Below are positions 38,371-47,881 of a stretch of 64,000 nucleotides of DNA, one piece after another. The stretch comes from PVC group bacterium (GTDB lineage Bacteria > Omnitrophota > Gorgyraeia > B26-G9). Each line of letters begins with the position of its first letter. Position 1 is the stretch's first letter. Below the pieces are notes generated by a model. That model saw only the letters and a program-made list of their open reading frames with translations. It did not search any database and was not told where the DNA came from. The stretch covers positions 420,593-484,592 of the forward strand of contig JAAEQR010000142.1 in NCBI GenBank assembly GCA_024231215.1, read 5' to 3'. Both the position numbers and the translations under genes were made by a program.

Positions 38371-40275
38371 CTAAATAGAATCACTATTGCTCTCTACTGT
38401 TTCACCGGTTGGTGCGATAATTCGGGCAGTAACAAATATCAACAGGTTTCTTTTCTGTTTATTATCATATTTACGGCTGAATAAACTTCCGACTATCGGA
38501 AGACTACCCACAACTGGAATACGATCTACTGTATGCTCTACAACTTCCCGCATCAAGCCCCCCATTACTACCGTATCATTATTATTTACTACGATACTCG
38601 CTGTGCAATTACGTACTGCAAAAAACGGCTGTTTAAACGGCTGAGCCTCTGTACCAAAATTGTACATATCTTTTTCGATATCGAATTCACTTACCTCAGG
38701 TACAAGTGTCAGGTTTATAGTCTTGCCGTCTGTGCCAACATTCGGCGTTACTTTTAAGATAATACCAATATCACGTGTTTTAAAATCAGCCGGCACTGTC
38801 GTAAAATACGTTTTATTATCCGACTCCCAGGTTTTAACTTCATATTTTGTGGGATAACGATATTCTTTCACAATTTTAATAATTGCTTCCTGCCCGCTGA
38901 TTGTCGTGATTTTCGGAGAAGAAAGTGTATTGTTCTTTGTATTCTGTTCAATCGCCGAAAGCATAGCCTGAAACTGGGAAAGATCCAGCTTACCCAAGGT
39001 AAAATCACCCGCAGAAGATGTTGGGAATGCATCCACAAATTTATTGTTTTCATTTTTATTAAACGGATATGAGTGAGGCTGATTTGACCCTGTAGCAGTC
39101 ACCTGCCCGGAAACCTTTAAACCTAAAGAAAATAAATCATCATCACCAATCTCCACAAAACGTGCCTCAATCATTACCTGAGGAGGAGCAACATCCAAGA
39201 CTTCCAACGCCTGCTCAAGTAAAGCCAAGTTACTCGGAGTATTTCGTACAATAAGCGTGCTGGTACGATTATCCAGAAATATACTACTGCCTTCGGGCCA
39301 TGCAACAATTTCTTCCAGCACATCTTTTATCGTCAATGCTATCTTTCCATCTACTCCTCCGGAACCACCAATCTTTACTCCTTCAAATGTATCCACGCCA
39401 TCATCATAAGTACCTCTATCCTCGGCACCTTCCTCACCTTCTCCTTCTTCAATCCCACCCGAAGAAGATGAGGCAACAATAAGCTTATCGGCACGCAAAG
39501 CTTTAATTGTTACCGTATCAAAAGTGGTAAAAGTAGTATATGTGGCCAGCCCCTGACTAAGATGATAAATCCGGGTAGTAAAATCTTCATTTTCAATCGC
39601 ACTCTTAGTCGTAACCCAGATATAATCTTCTTCAAAACTATACGCCAGCCCCTTAGACCGCAAAATCATCTCCAGAGCCTTTACTACCGTAACATCTTTT
39701 ATCTTTATACTAATTGTTCCTGCCTTAGATACTGCAGAATCATCAAACACTATATTGATATCACTTACATCAGATAAATAATGTAATACTTTAGTTAATT
39801 TCGCATCACTGAAATCAATGCCAACAACTTTGCTTTCCGCCTCTGCTTTCAGCTTGTTGGTTATGCGTTTCTGGATACCAGGCCAGGGAACATTGGTTGT
39901 CGGTTCTTCTATCAGCCAAGCTTTATCTGAATCCAACACCCTTTTATCCTCTAGGATCTTTTTATCAATCATTGCCTGGTGATGGGCTCTTTCTAACCTT
40001 TCCAATTCGACTTCTTGAATAGCACTTACAAGAGATGCATTATTCGGATCTAATTTAAGCGCAAACTCAAACTGACGTCTAGCTTTATCGTAATCGCCCT
40101 CTGCCCAGTAACTATTAGCGCTTTCTATGAAATCATTTGCTTGTGCCGGAACAATTTCTTCCCAGTCACTTTCTCTGGTAAAATATTCTTCTTCTGTAAT
40201 TTCCTGCGCAAAGGTAAAAGGTTGAACTCCTAAGAATAAGGACAAGAGGATTAATATGAAGATAACTCGTTTCAT
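38371..40275 (-). CDS. pilQ: Secretin (PilQ/GspD family), the only secretin in the window
   Basis: 634 aa. Signal peptide. C-terminal secretin domain (VVMGGLMRE...IPVVGSLPIVGSLFS). Confidence 0.8.
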   Translation of the reverse strand: MKRVIFILILLSLFLGVQPFTFAQEITEEEYFTRESDWEEIVPAQANDFIESANSYWAEGDYDKARRQFEFALKLDPNNASLVSAIQEVELERLERAHHQAMIDKKILEDKRVLDSDKAWLIEEPTTNVPWPGIQKRITNKLKAEAESKVVGIDFSDAKLTKVLHYLSDVSDINIVFDDSAVSKAGTISIKIKDVTVVKALEMILRSKGLAYSFEEDYIWVTTKSAIENEDFTTRIYHLSQGLATYTTFTTFDTVTIKALRADKLIVASSSSGGIEEGEGEEGAEDRGTYDDGVDTFEGVKIGGSGGVDGKIALTIKDVLEEIVAWPEGSSIFLDNRTSTLIVRNTPSNLALLEQALEVLDVAPPQVMIEARFVEIGDDDLFSLGLKVSGQVTATGSNQPHSYPFNKNENNKFVDAFPTSSAGDFTLGKLDLSQFQAMLSAIEQNTKNNTLSSPKITTISGQEAIIKIVKEYRYPTKYEVKTWESDNKTYFTTVPADFKTRDIGIILKVTPNVGTDGKTINLTLVPEVSEFDIEKDMYNFGTEAQPFKQPFFAVRNCTASIVVNNNDTVVMGGLMREVVEHTVDRIPVVGSLPIVGSLFSRKYDNKQKRNLLIFVTARIIAPTGETVESNSDSI

Positions 40276-41045
40276 TTATGCACCATTCCTTTCTCTAACT
40301 TCAAGTGCTGTCCCTGTTTAGATACTAACACATGGTCTTCCAATATGTCAAGGACCTTATAACCAAAAAATTCACTATCTTTACTTACCACCAAGGTTCT
40401 TTGAGAATTATATTCTTTAATTTTAGCAATGCGACTTTTACTATACGCCGCTTTTCTAAATTCAATTTTAATAGTTTTTGAATCCTCAGATTCCAATGTT
40501 ATACATTCAGGATCTAATTGACTTACCGTATAACCACCAATTTTAGAACCAACACGCACTAAGTATGTATGCTTTTTAAAATTTACCTGCGCAACCAATC
40601 CTTTCTCATCATCAAAAACAATCCGGCCCAAATAATCAATGCCTACCGGCTTATACTCTATCGTAAGCACTTCCAAAACCGGAGTTTTTGAAGTATTTTT
40701 CTCAACCGGTTCCGGGACAAAAACTTCTTCTGTCTTATTTATCCGTTTTTTAAACTTAGCAAAGATATTACGTTTTGTTTCCTGGGCTTGCATCTGAACA
40801 ACTACTTCTTCTATGTTCTGCAAAGAATATGGAGCAGTAGCCAAATATTGCTTCTGCCAGTCTTTTAGATCTCCCGGGTATTCTCCCAGTATCTTTAACT
40901 GACGCGCCATTTGCTCCTTATAGCTACTTGTTTCCCGGGCACAAGAAGCAATCACAATAAGCAGTAAAAAAAACATCGTTAAAAAGCTTATTTTTTCCCA
41001 ATTTTTACCAATTATCTTCATAACCTTATATCTCTTTGTGTTCAA
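40272..41045 (-). CDS. PilP-like pilus assembly lipoprotein
   Basis: 257 aa. Lipobox LIVIASC. Position between pilO and the secretin. Confidence 0.45.
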   Translation of the reverse strand: MNTKRYKVMKIIGKNWEKISFLTMFFLLLIVIASCARETSSYKEQMARQLKILGEYPGDLKDWQKQYLATAPYSLQNIEEVVVQMQAQETKRNIFAKFKKRINKTEEVFVPEPVEKNTSKTPVLEVLTIEYKPVGIDYLGRIVFDDEKGLVAQVNFKKHTYLVRVGSKIGGYTVSQLDPECITLESEDSKTIKIEFRKAAYSKSRIAKIKEYNSQRTLVVSKDSEFFGYKVLDILEDHVLVSKQGQHLKLEKGMVHK

Positions 41046-41757
41046 GTTCGATATTAACTAAAAGGTATTTCTCTGCATCTTTTTTACGCTGAATACTTAT
41101 TTTTTCCACAATATAAATACGTTCTGTTTCTACCAATTCTTTTAAAAAATGATTTAGTGACGAAAAATCAGATTCCAATGATAACTGCATCGGAATCGTC
41201 TTCAATGCTCCATTATGGTATTCATGAGAAAGCTTGATTTGTGTAATAGCGTTCACACGGCTATTTAACAATAAGCTTACAACCTCTTCTGCGGCAATAA
41301 GTTCTTTATTCAAAACTATAATTTGTTCTTGCTCAGGCACAGCAAAATCATATTCCTGAAAACCCAACGATTCCGGCAACCCAATATCTTTTGCAGACGC
41401 TTTTTGTTTTATTTTTTCCTGAAAATCGAAAAGTTTTTCTTTAAACGCTAAAGGTGTATTTGAGATTGCAGTTTCATCAAAAGAGCACGTAAAAACCCTA
41501 ACAAATTCAACATATTTTTTATGCAAATCCTGCGCGATAAATTCCTGTCTTTCCAGAACTTCATCCGGCCCTACTCCGTAAACAGCTCGATAGTGCTGCA
41601 ATCGATCTTTCAACTCTACAGATTCTACACAGCTACGCCGGTTAATATAAATCCCTATTCCAGCCGTAAGCATTAATACAATGCTCCCAATACATAGAAT
41701 AGTAATCAAGCTTATGGTTCCTTTGAATTTCTGGATTAAAAGTTTATTCACCTTCAT
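41026..41757 (-). CDS. pilO: PilO-like type IV pilus assembly protein
   Basis: 243 aa. Single N-terminal TM, coiled coil, periplasmic domain. Position after pilMN. Confidence 0.6.
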   Translation of the reverse strand: MKVNKLLIQKFKGTISLITILCIGSIVLMLTAGIGIYINRRSCVESVELKDRLQHYRAVYGVGPDEVLERQEFIAQDLHKKYVEFVRVFTCSFDETAISNTPLAFKEKLFDFQEKIKQKASAKDIGLPESLGFQEYDFAVPEQEQIIVLNKELIAAEEVVSLLLNSRVNAITQIKLSHEYHNGALKTIPMQLSLESDFSSLNHFLKELVETERIYIVEKISIQRKKDAEKYLLVNIELEHKEI

Positions 41758-43381
41758 TATTTATCGCCTTTTTTAACTTTAAAGCTAATGAAAAATTTAT
41801 TATACCGGTATCATCTTTGCCAACTGTTCCTATCTGAACCTCTTTAAATTCATCTTTTCCGTTTAGAGACTCTTGAAACAAACCTACATCCTCTAAATCT
41901 CCCGAGCAAAATCCACGCAATCCAATACTACCGCCATTCCAGTCTGCTTCTAAGCTATCAATCCATATTGTCTCCGGCATTACTGCGGCAATATAGCCGA
42001 TTGTTAAAACCGCTACGTATTTTCTCTGAAAAGTCTCAGACATCAAAGCAACTGTATTCTCATACCCAGCTCCAACCTCTTCTAATTGTTTCTGTCTTTT
42101 TTCACTTCGCTCATATTGAAACACCTGTTCTGCCGCTTCATTAACATATCCCTGATTTAAAAAATATTTATTAAAAATAAAAATATTGCAAACAAACAGC
42201 ATCAGGAACAAAAAACCCGCTGAGGCAATAATAAACGGTCTTTTTTTCTTAAAACTTTTAATTTGCAGCTGCTCTTCCGGTAAAAGATTTATATTCACCA
42301 CAAAACGCCGCATTCCTCTTAATGCCGAACCTATAGACGCTCCTAAAAATTCATTCAACCCAACATTTACATCCGGATGCACACTTAAGGCATCAAAATA
42401 GTCTATTTTCTCTACTTTCAAAGCAAGACTGTTTTCAAAGAACTTATCTATATTTTCAATTTTGCTTACCCCACCGGTTAACAAAACTTTACGTAAATTA
42501 AATTCAGTCTTATCCTGTGACCGGCAAAAATTCAATGTATTTACAACTTCATTCGTCAAATCTGTCAATACATTGGTTATCGCTTCAGCCGCCTTTTCTT
42601 CAATCTCTGCTTGCTGTTTTTCCCGCCCATAATAGAGCATCAAAATCTTGCCCTTTTCTATTTTCATCTTTTCTGCAGCAAATCGATCTACATTCAAACT
42701 AGCGGCAATTGCTTCAGTAATATCCTCTCCTCCTATAGGCAAACTTCTCGTCCAGATTTTTCGAGAATCACTTACAATAATGGTTGTTGTCTTTGCTCCG
42801 CAGTCTAAAATCAACGTATCTTTTAAATCCGGGTAATAGTAATGCAAGCAATTATACAAAGACAAATTGCAAACATCCATAAATTCCACATCAAGCGCAC
42901 AATCTTCGGCAACCCGAAGTATGGACATAACAAATTCTTTTTTTACAGCCGCTAGCAGTACATTTAGCTGTTTTTTATCTCTACCATATACCTGATAGCC
43001 CCAAACAACATCATTCATCGGAAAAGGAATCTGCTGCTGAATTTCATAAAGCACTATCTGACGTAGTTTTTTAGGTGCTGTAACCGGAATATTTACCAAA
43101 CGGACAAAAGCAGATTGTCCGGCAATTGATATTCCTGTTTTTACATTTTTTAATTTCTTCTCTTGGCGGAGAAATTTCTTTAGAATATATTCTAAAACTG
43201 ACGCCTGATACTGAGGTCCTGCGTCTGAAGAACTACCATATTCTTCATAGACGGTCTTTAATAACTTTAACCGTCCTCCTTTTTCCCGGCTTAAAAGTGC
43301 AATTTTAACTGCACTCGCGCCAATATCAATACCTAGAAATAGATTTTTTTCCAAATTAGACATATTACATCCTATAGACAA
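41744..43381 (-). CDS. pilM: PilM-PilN fusion (actin-like ATPase domain + TM + PilN periplasmic domain)
   Basis: Actin-fold phosphate-1 motif LGIDIGASAVKIALL. TM segment near residue 370, then a PilN-like region. Track start is TTG at 43381; an ATG at 43361-43363 (MSNLEKN) is more likely. Confidence 0.75.
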   Translation of the reverse strand: MSIGCNMSNLEKNLFLGIDIGASAVKIALLSREKGGRLKLLKTVYEEYGSSSDAGPQYQASVLEYILKKFLRQEKKLKNVKTGISIAGQSAFVRLVNIPVTAPKKLRQIVLYEIQQQIPFPMNDVVWGYQVYGRDKKQLNVLLAAVKKEFVMSILRVAEDCALDVEFMDVCNLSLYNCLHYYYPDLKDTLILDCGAKTTTIIVSDSRKIWTRSLPIGGEDITEAIAASLNVDRFAAEKMKIEKGKILMLYYGREKQQAEIEEKAAEAITNVLTDLTNEVVNTLNFCRSQDKTEFNLRKVLLTGGVSKIENIDKFFENSLALKVEKIDYFDALSVHPDVNVGLNEFLGASIGSALRGMRRFVVNINLLPEEQLQIKSFKKKRPFIIASAGFLFLMLFVCNIFIFNKYFLNQGYVNEAAEQVFQYERSEKRQKQLEEVGAGYENTVALMSETFQRKYVAVLTIGYIAAVMPETIWIDSLEADWNGGSIGLRGFCSGDLEDVGLFQESLNGKDEFKEVQIGTVGKDDTGIINFSLALKLKKAINNEGE

Positions 43382-43627
43382 AATTTCCTTTGATTATTTT
43401 ATAGGTAAGCCATTTAAATCCCTGCCTATGGCCTAATCCTTTAAGTCTACCCCTTCCTTCCCTGAAAAGGTGATAAATAAGGCAAGCATCTGAATTGTCG
43501 GTAAGCTACAACCCTTTCAAATCATATAATATATAGCATATTTAGAGGCATTTGTCAATAGCTGCGCCATTTTCTCGAAAAAACAATCGGGACATTTTCA
43601 GAAATCTTACTCATAACTGCAATGTTA

Positions 43628-44872
43628 TCAACCAGTTAAAGATTTAATTAGAGTAATTAGGGGCAAAAACATGGCAAGGACAATAATTCCGACGACAACA
43701 CCCATCGTGATTATCAACATCGGCTCAAGTAAGGAAGTTAAACTGTTGGCCGTAATCTCAACCTCTTCCTCATATGTATCAGAAACTTTGGCCAGCATTT
43801 TATCTAAAGATCCACTCTCTTCTCCTACGGCAATCATATCAACCATCAATTGGGGGAAAACCCCGCTGTTTTCAAGTACTTTGGCAATAAAACCACCTTC
43901 CCGCACACTCTCATAAACACTACCGATAGCTTTGGTCATAACTTCGTTTTCACTTATCTCTTTTGTCAATTCCAAAGCTCCCAATATCTGTACTCCTCCG
44001 CTAATAAGAGTTGCCAGCGTACGGGCAAAACGCGCTGCAGTTATTTTTTTAATCAATATTCCAAAAACAGGAACATTTAATTTGACACTATCTTTAAAAT
44101 AACGAAATTTATAGTTTCGCAGCATAAGTTTGTAAGCTAACCCTAAAAGACCTACCCCGCCCAGCAAAAGATACCAGTGAACACGCAAAAACCCGGTAAT
44201 ATTTAAAACAAGCTGAGTAAGCCAAGGCAATTCAGCACCTACATCTTTAAATAATTCCATGAAATTGGGGATAACAAAAGTAATAATAATCCCTAATATT
44301 ACTACGGCAATAATAAGCACAAGTGCCGGATAAATCAAAGCTGAACTAATCTTCTGTTGTAATTTCAGATTTCTTTCCAAGTAATCTGCCAACCGTTTTA
44401 ATACTTTATCCAATGCTCCGCCGGTTTCCCCAGCTTTAACAATATTAATATATACTTTTGAAAATGAACCAGGGTATTGTGACAACGCATCACTTAGCGG
44501 CCGGCCTGATTCAATAATCTCGACAAGATCGCCGACCATTGCACTCATTGCCTCAAAACGCGCCTGTTTCTTCAAAGTACGTAATGCCTGGATAAGAGAT
44601 AATCCTGCCTCGATCAATACAGCAAGCTGTCGGGTGAAAATAACCAGATCCTGTGGTTTTATTTTACGTATGCGAGGACTAAATAAACCACTTTTACCTA
44701 ACGCGGAAAATAGCCCTTCTTTAATTTTACTCTCACCCGCGGGCACTACTTCCACCGAAAAAAGACCTCTTTGGCGCAGTAATCCAACCACATCCGGCAC
44801 AGAAGTTCCTTCCATTTGCCCAGTAACTTCATTTCCCTCTCGGTTCATTGCGATATAATCAAATAATGCCAT
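43628..44872 (-). CDS. pilC: Type IV pilus platform protein PilC (GspF family)
   Basis: 414 aa. Two GspF repeats, 3 TM helices. Confidence 0.85.
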   Translation of the reverse strand: MALFDYIAMNREGNEVTGQMEGTSVPDVVGLLRQRGLFSVEVVPAGESKIKEGLFSALGKSGLFSPRIRKIKPQDLVIFTRQLAVLIEAGLSLIQALRTLKKQARFEAMSAMVGDLVEIIESGRPLSDALSQYPGSFSKVYINIVKAGETGGALDKVLKRLADYLERNLKLQQKISSALIYPALVLIIAVVILGIIITFVIPNFMELFKDVGAELPWLTQLVLNITGFLRVHWYLLLGGVGLLGLAYKLMLRNYKFRYFKDSVKLNVPVFGILIKKITAARFARTLATLISGGVQILGALELTKEISENEVMTKAIGSVYESVREGGFIAKVLENSGVFPQLMVDMIAVGEESGSLDKMLAKVSDTYEEEVEITANSLTSLLEPMLIITMGVVVGIIVLAMFLPLITLIKSLTG

Positions 44873-44878
44873 AATATT

Positions 44879-46606
44879 TTACACGTATCCTGTCGTTGCG
44901 TGTGTTAATTCCTGTAACGTTGTTTTACCGGAAAAAACTTTAAGCAGTCCATCTTCCCGTAATGTCAACATCCCATTCTTTATTGCCTGAGTTCTTAGTT
45001 CAGATATAGATGCCTTATCCAAAATTAACGAACGAATATCCTCATCAAAAATCAAGAGTTCAAAAACACCAATTCTGCCCTTATACCCAGCACCTTCACA
45101 TTGTTTGCATCCTTTGCCCTTATAAAAAACTTTACCCTTGATATCCTGAGGTTTAAGCTTTACTTCCTCCAATTCTTTTTCCGTAGGAAGATATTCCGCC
45201 TTGCAATTCGGACAAATAACCCTAACCAAACGCTGTGCTAATATCGCCTCTACGGCTGAAGCGATCAAGAACGGCTCTACACCCATATCAATAAGACGCG
45301 TAATCGCACTAGGTGCATCATTAGTATGCAATGTTGAAAATACAAAATGCCCGGTAAGCGCAGCATGTATTGCCATTTGCACAGTTTCCGCATCACGGAT
45401 TTCCCCGACCATAATAATATCAGGATCTTGTCTTAAAATATGCCTTAAAACCACAGGGAAAGTCAAATTTATTTTTGGACGCACAGAAACCTGAACTAAC
45501 CCGGGCAGATCAAATTCTACCGGATCCTCTACTGTAATAATTTTCTGCTCTATGTTATTTATAGAACTTAAAGCTGAATACTGTGTCGTTGTTTTCCCGC
45601 AACCAGTCGGCCCGGTGCTTAAAATTATACCATAAGGTTTTTTAATCAACGATTTAATCTTCATCTGGATATCTTTTTCAAAGCCCAAGTCATCTAAAGA
45701 AAGCTGAACCGTAGTTTTATCCAGAATCCGGATGACCACACTTTCACCAAAGATTGTCGGAAGCGCCGAAACTCGCAAATCAACCATCCTCCCTCCAATT
45801 TTAACAAAAATCCTGCCATCCTGAGGAAGTCTGGTTTCAGCTATGTTTAAATTTGCCATGACCTTAATTCTGGAAGTAATCGCTAGATGTAAAGCTGTCG
45901 GAGGAGAAACCACATCGTAAAGAACTCCGTCTAAACGATATCTGATCTTAAATTCATCCTGAAACGGCTCAAAGTGGATATCCGACGCCTTCTTCTTTAT
46001 AGCCTGGATAAGAATAATATTGATAAGCTTGATAATCGGAAGCTGCGACGCCAACTCTTCGATATTTTCAATCTTTTCATCGCCATCGATTAAATCAGGA
46101 ATTTTTTCACTAATCTCTGAAAAAATTTCATCAACACTATCGGATTCTCTTCCGTAATATTTCTTGATCGCTTTGGTAATACTAGTCAGGGTTGCTGCTT
46201 TTCCTTTTATATTGCAGTTAAGCATAAATCGCAAGTCATCAAAAATACTAAAATTCAACGGCTCTGAAGTAGCAATTACAAGCGTATTATTTTCAATACC
46301 AATCGGCAGTATACTATATAGTTTGGCAATAGAACCGGGAATCCGCTCAAGCACTTCTTTAGGGATTTGCAAACGACCCAATTCAACCGTTTCCATCTTT
46401 GCCTGCACACCCAATGCTTTTAAAAGATCTTTTTCCGTAATATATCCAAGATTGACTAGAACACGCCCGAGTGGAAGTCCTGTCATATTCTGACTTTCCA
46501 GCCCTTCCTTTAACTCATCTTCAGTTATAAGACCGCGTTCTTTTAAAATTGATCCTATTGTTTTAAATCTAAATCCTACTTTCATAATCTCCAATTTGAG
46601 TGACAA
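44879..46606 (-). CDS. pilB: Type IV pilus extension ATPase PilB with N-terminal MshEN-type (c-di-GMP-binding) domain
   Basis: Walker A GPTGCGKTTT. Tetracysteine CPNCK...CKQCEGAGYKGR. Two MshEN 24-mer motifs (IGSILKERGLITEDELKEGLESQ and LGRVLVNLGYITEKDLLKALGVQ). Probable start MKVGFRF at 46585 with a GGAG RBS. Confidence 0.85.
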   Translation of the reverse strand: MSLKLEIMKVGFRFKTIGSILKERGLITEDELKEGLESQNMTGLPLGRVLVNLGYITEKDLLKALGVQAKMETVELGRLQIPKEVLERIPGSIAKLYSILPIGIENNTLVIATSEPLNFSIFDDLRFMLNCNIKGKAATLTSITKAIKKYYGRESDSVDEIFSEISEKIPDLIDGDEKIENIEELASQLPIIKLINIILIQAIKKKASDIHFEPFQDEFKIRYRLDGVLYDVVSPPTALHLAITSRIKVMANLNIAETRLPQDGRIFVKIGGRMVDLRVSALPTIFGESVVIRILDKTTVQLSLDDLGFEKDIQMKIKSLIKKPYGIILSTGPTGCGKTTTQYSALSSINNIEQKIITVEDPVEFDLPGLVQVSVRPKINLTFPVVLRHILRQDPDIIMVGEIRDAETVQMAIHAALTGHFVFSTLHTNDAPSAITRLIDMGVEPFLIASAVEAILAQRLVRVICPNCKAEYLPTEKELEEVKLKPQDIKGKVFYKGKGCKQCEGAGYKGRIGVFELLIFDEDIRSLILDKASISELRTQAIKNGMLTLREDGLLKVFSGKTTLQELTHATTGYV

Positions 46607-46687
46607 GTTACAAGTGACAAGTTACAAGTTATAAGTATTAAATCTTTTTGTTTTTCACCTGTCATTTGTAATTCGTCATTTGTCACT
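46602..46687. repeat. Bipartite heptanucleotide arrays in the pilT-pilB junction (5 x KACAAGT at 46602-46636; 4 x YGTMAYT at 46660-46687)
   Basis: gacaagt tacaagt gacaagt tacaagt tataagt ... tgtcatt tgtaatt cgtcatt tgtcact. The blocks are partially complementary (ACAAGT vs ACTTGT-like). Confidence 0.65.
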
Positions 46688-46696
46688 TCTTTTGTC

Positions 46697-47764
46697 TTAT
46701 ACGCCTTCCTGTATTTTTCTCTGCATCATGTCCTGATCAAACGCCTTGGCAACCGCATCTTCCTGCCGAATATGCCCGGCCGAATACAAATCAAACAAAG
46801 AGTTATCAAATGGTTTCATACCATATTTAGCCCCAGTCTGTAAATCAGATGTGATTCTAAATGTCTTCTTCTCCCGAATAAGGTTTTGAATTGAAGGAGT
46901 ACTAACCATTATTTCAAACGCAGCCACACGCCCCCTGCCTGTAGAACGCACAATCAACTGCTGTGATACTATGGCAAGAATTGAGGTAGACAACTGCGTC
47001 CTTATCTGCTCCTGCTGATTCGGAGGAAATACATCAATTATTCTGTCTACTGTAGCCGCAGCACTGGTTGTATGCAAAGTCGCTAAAACTAAATGTCCGG
47101 TCTCCGCTGCTAATATTGCTGCTTCAATCGTGGTCAAGTCTCTCATTTCTCCAACGAGAATAAGGTCTGGATCCTGCCGAAGACCTCTTACCAGCCCTTC
47201 ACTAAAACTAGGCACATCTATGCCGATTTCGCGTTGTGTAACAATACCCTTTTTATGAGTGTGATAATATTCTACCGGATCTTCAATCGTAATTATATGA
47301 CAATCCCTCTCTGTATTTACAAAGTCGGTCATTGTCGCTAACGTTGTCGTTTTTCCGCTGCCAGTCGGGCCGGTAACCAAAATAAGTCCACGCGGCCGAT
47401 ATAATAAATCCCTAATTATTTTAGGCAATCCGATTTCGTCAAATGTTAATAAGCGAGTAGGAATTAAACGCAAGGTCAATCCATAATGCCCTTTTTGTTT
47501 GTAAACAGATACTCGAAAACGCGCTATTTTTTCAAAAGCAAAACCAAAATCAACACCCCCTATTTCCTGAACCCGCCGTTGATTTTCAGTACTGGTGATA
47601 GATTTCATGAGCTGTTCAGTATCCTCATGCTTCAACGGGTCATAGTTCATGGACATCAGCGCCCCGTCAATTCTCAAAGTCGGAGGCTTCCCTACTGTAA
47701 TATGTAAATCAGAAGCATTATGATTCACACAAAGCTGCAAAAGTTCCCCTATATCAACTGACAT
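46697..47764 (-). CDS. pilT: Twitching motility (retraction) ATPase PilT
   Basis: 355 aa. Walker A GPTGSGKTTT. PilT-type C-terminus, no N-terminal GSPII domain. GGGGG RBS. Confidence 0.85.
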   Translation of the reverse strand: MSVDIGELLQLCVNHNASDLHITVGKPPTLRIDGALMSMNYDPLKHEDTEQLMKSITSTENQRRVQEIGGVDFGFAFEKIARFRVSVYKQKGHYGLTLRLIPTRLLTFDEIGLPKIIRDLLYRPRGLILVTGPTGSGKTTTLATMTDFVNTERDCHIITIEDPVEYYHTHKKGIVTQREIGIDVPSFSEGLVRGLRQDPDLILVGEMRDLTTIEAAILAAETGHLVLATLHTTSAAATVDRIIDVFPPNQQEQIRTQLSTSILAIVSQQLIVRSTGRGRVAAFEIMVSTPSIQNLIREKKTFRITSDLQTGAKYGMKPFDNSLFDLYSAGHIRQEDAVAKAFDQDMMQRKIQEGV

Positions 47765-47777
47765 AATTACCCCCTTG

Positions 47778-47877
47778 TAAAAGTTATAAGTTACAAGTTA
47801 CGAATTACAAGTTGCAAAAATCAAATAATTTATACTTTTAATTTTCACCTATCACTTGTCACTCGTAATTCGTCACC
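47778..47877. repeat. Bipartite heptanucleotide arrays in the pilB2-pilT junction (5-6 x TAYAAGT at 47778-47812; 4 x YRTMAYT at 47850-47877), paralogous to 46602-46687
   Basis: taaaagt tataagt tacaagt tacgaat tacaagt ... tatcact tgtcact cgtaatt cgtcacc. Same architecture as the pilT-pilB junction: stop, block 2, spacer, block 1, RBS, ATG. Confidence 0.65.
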
Positions 47878-47881
47878 TTTT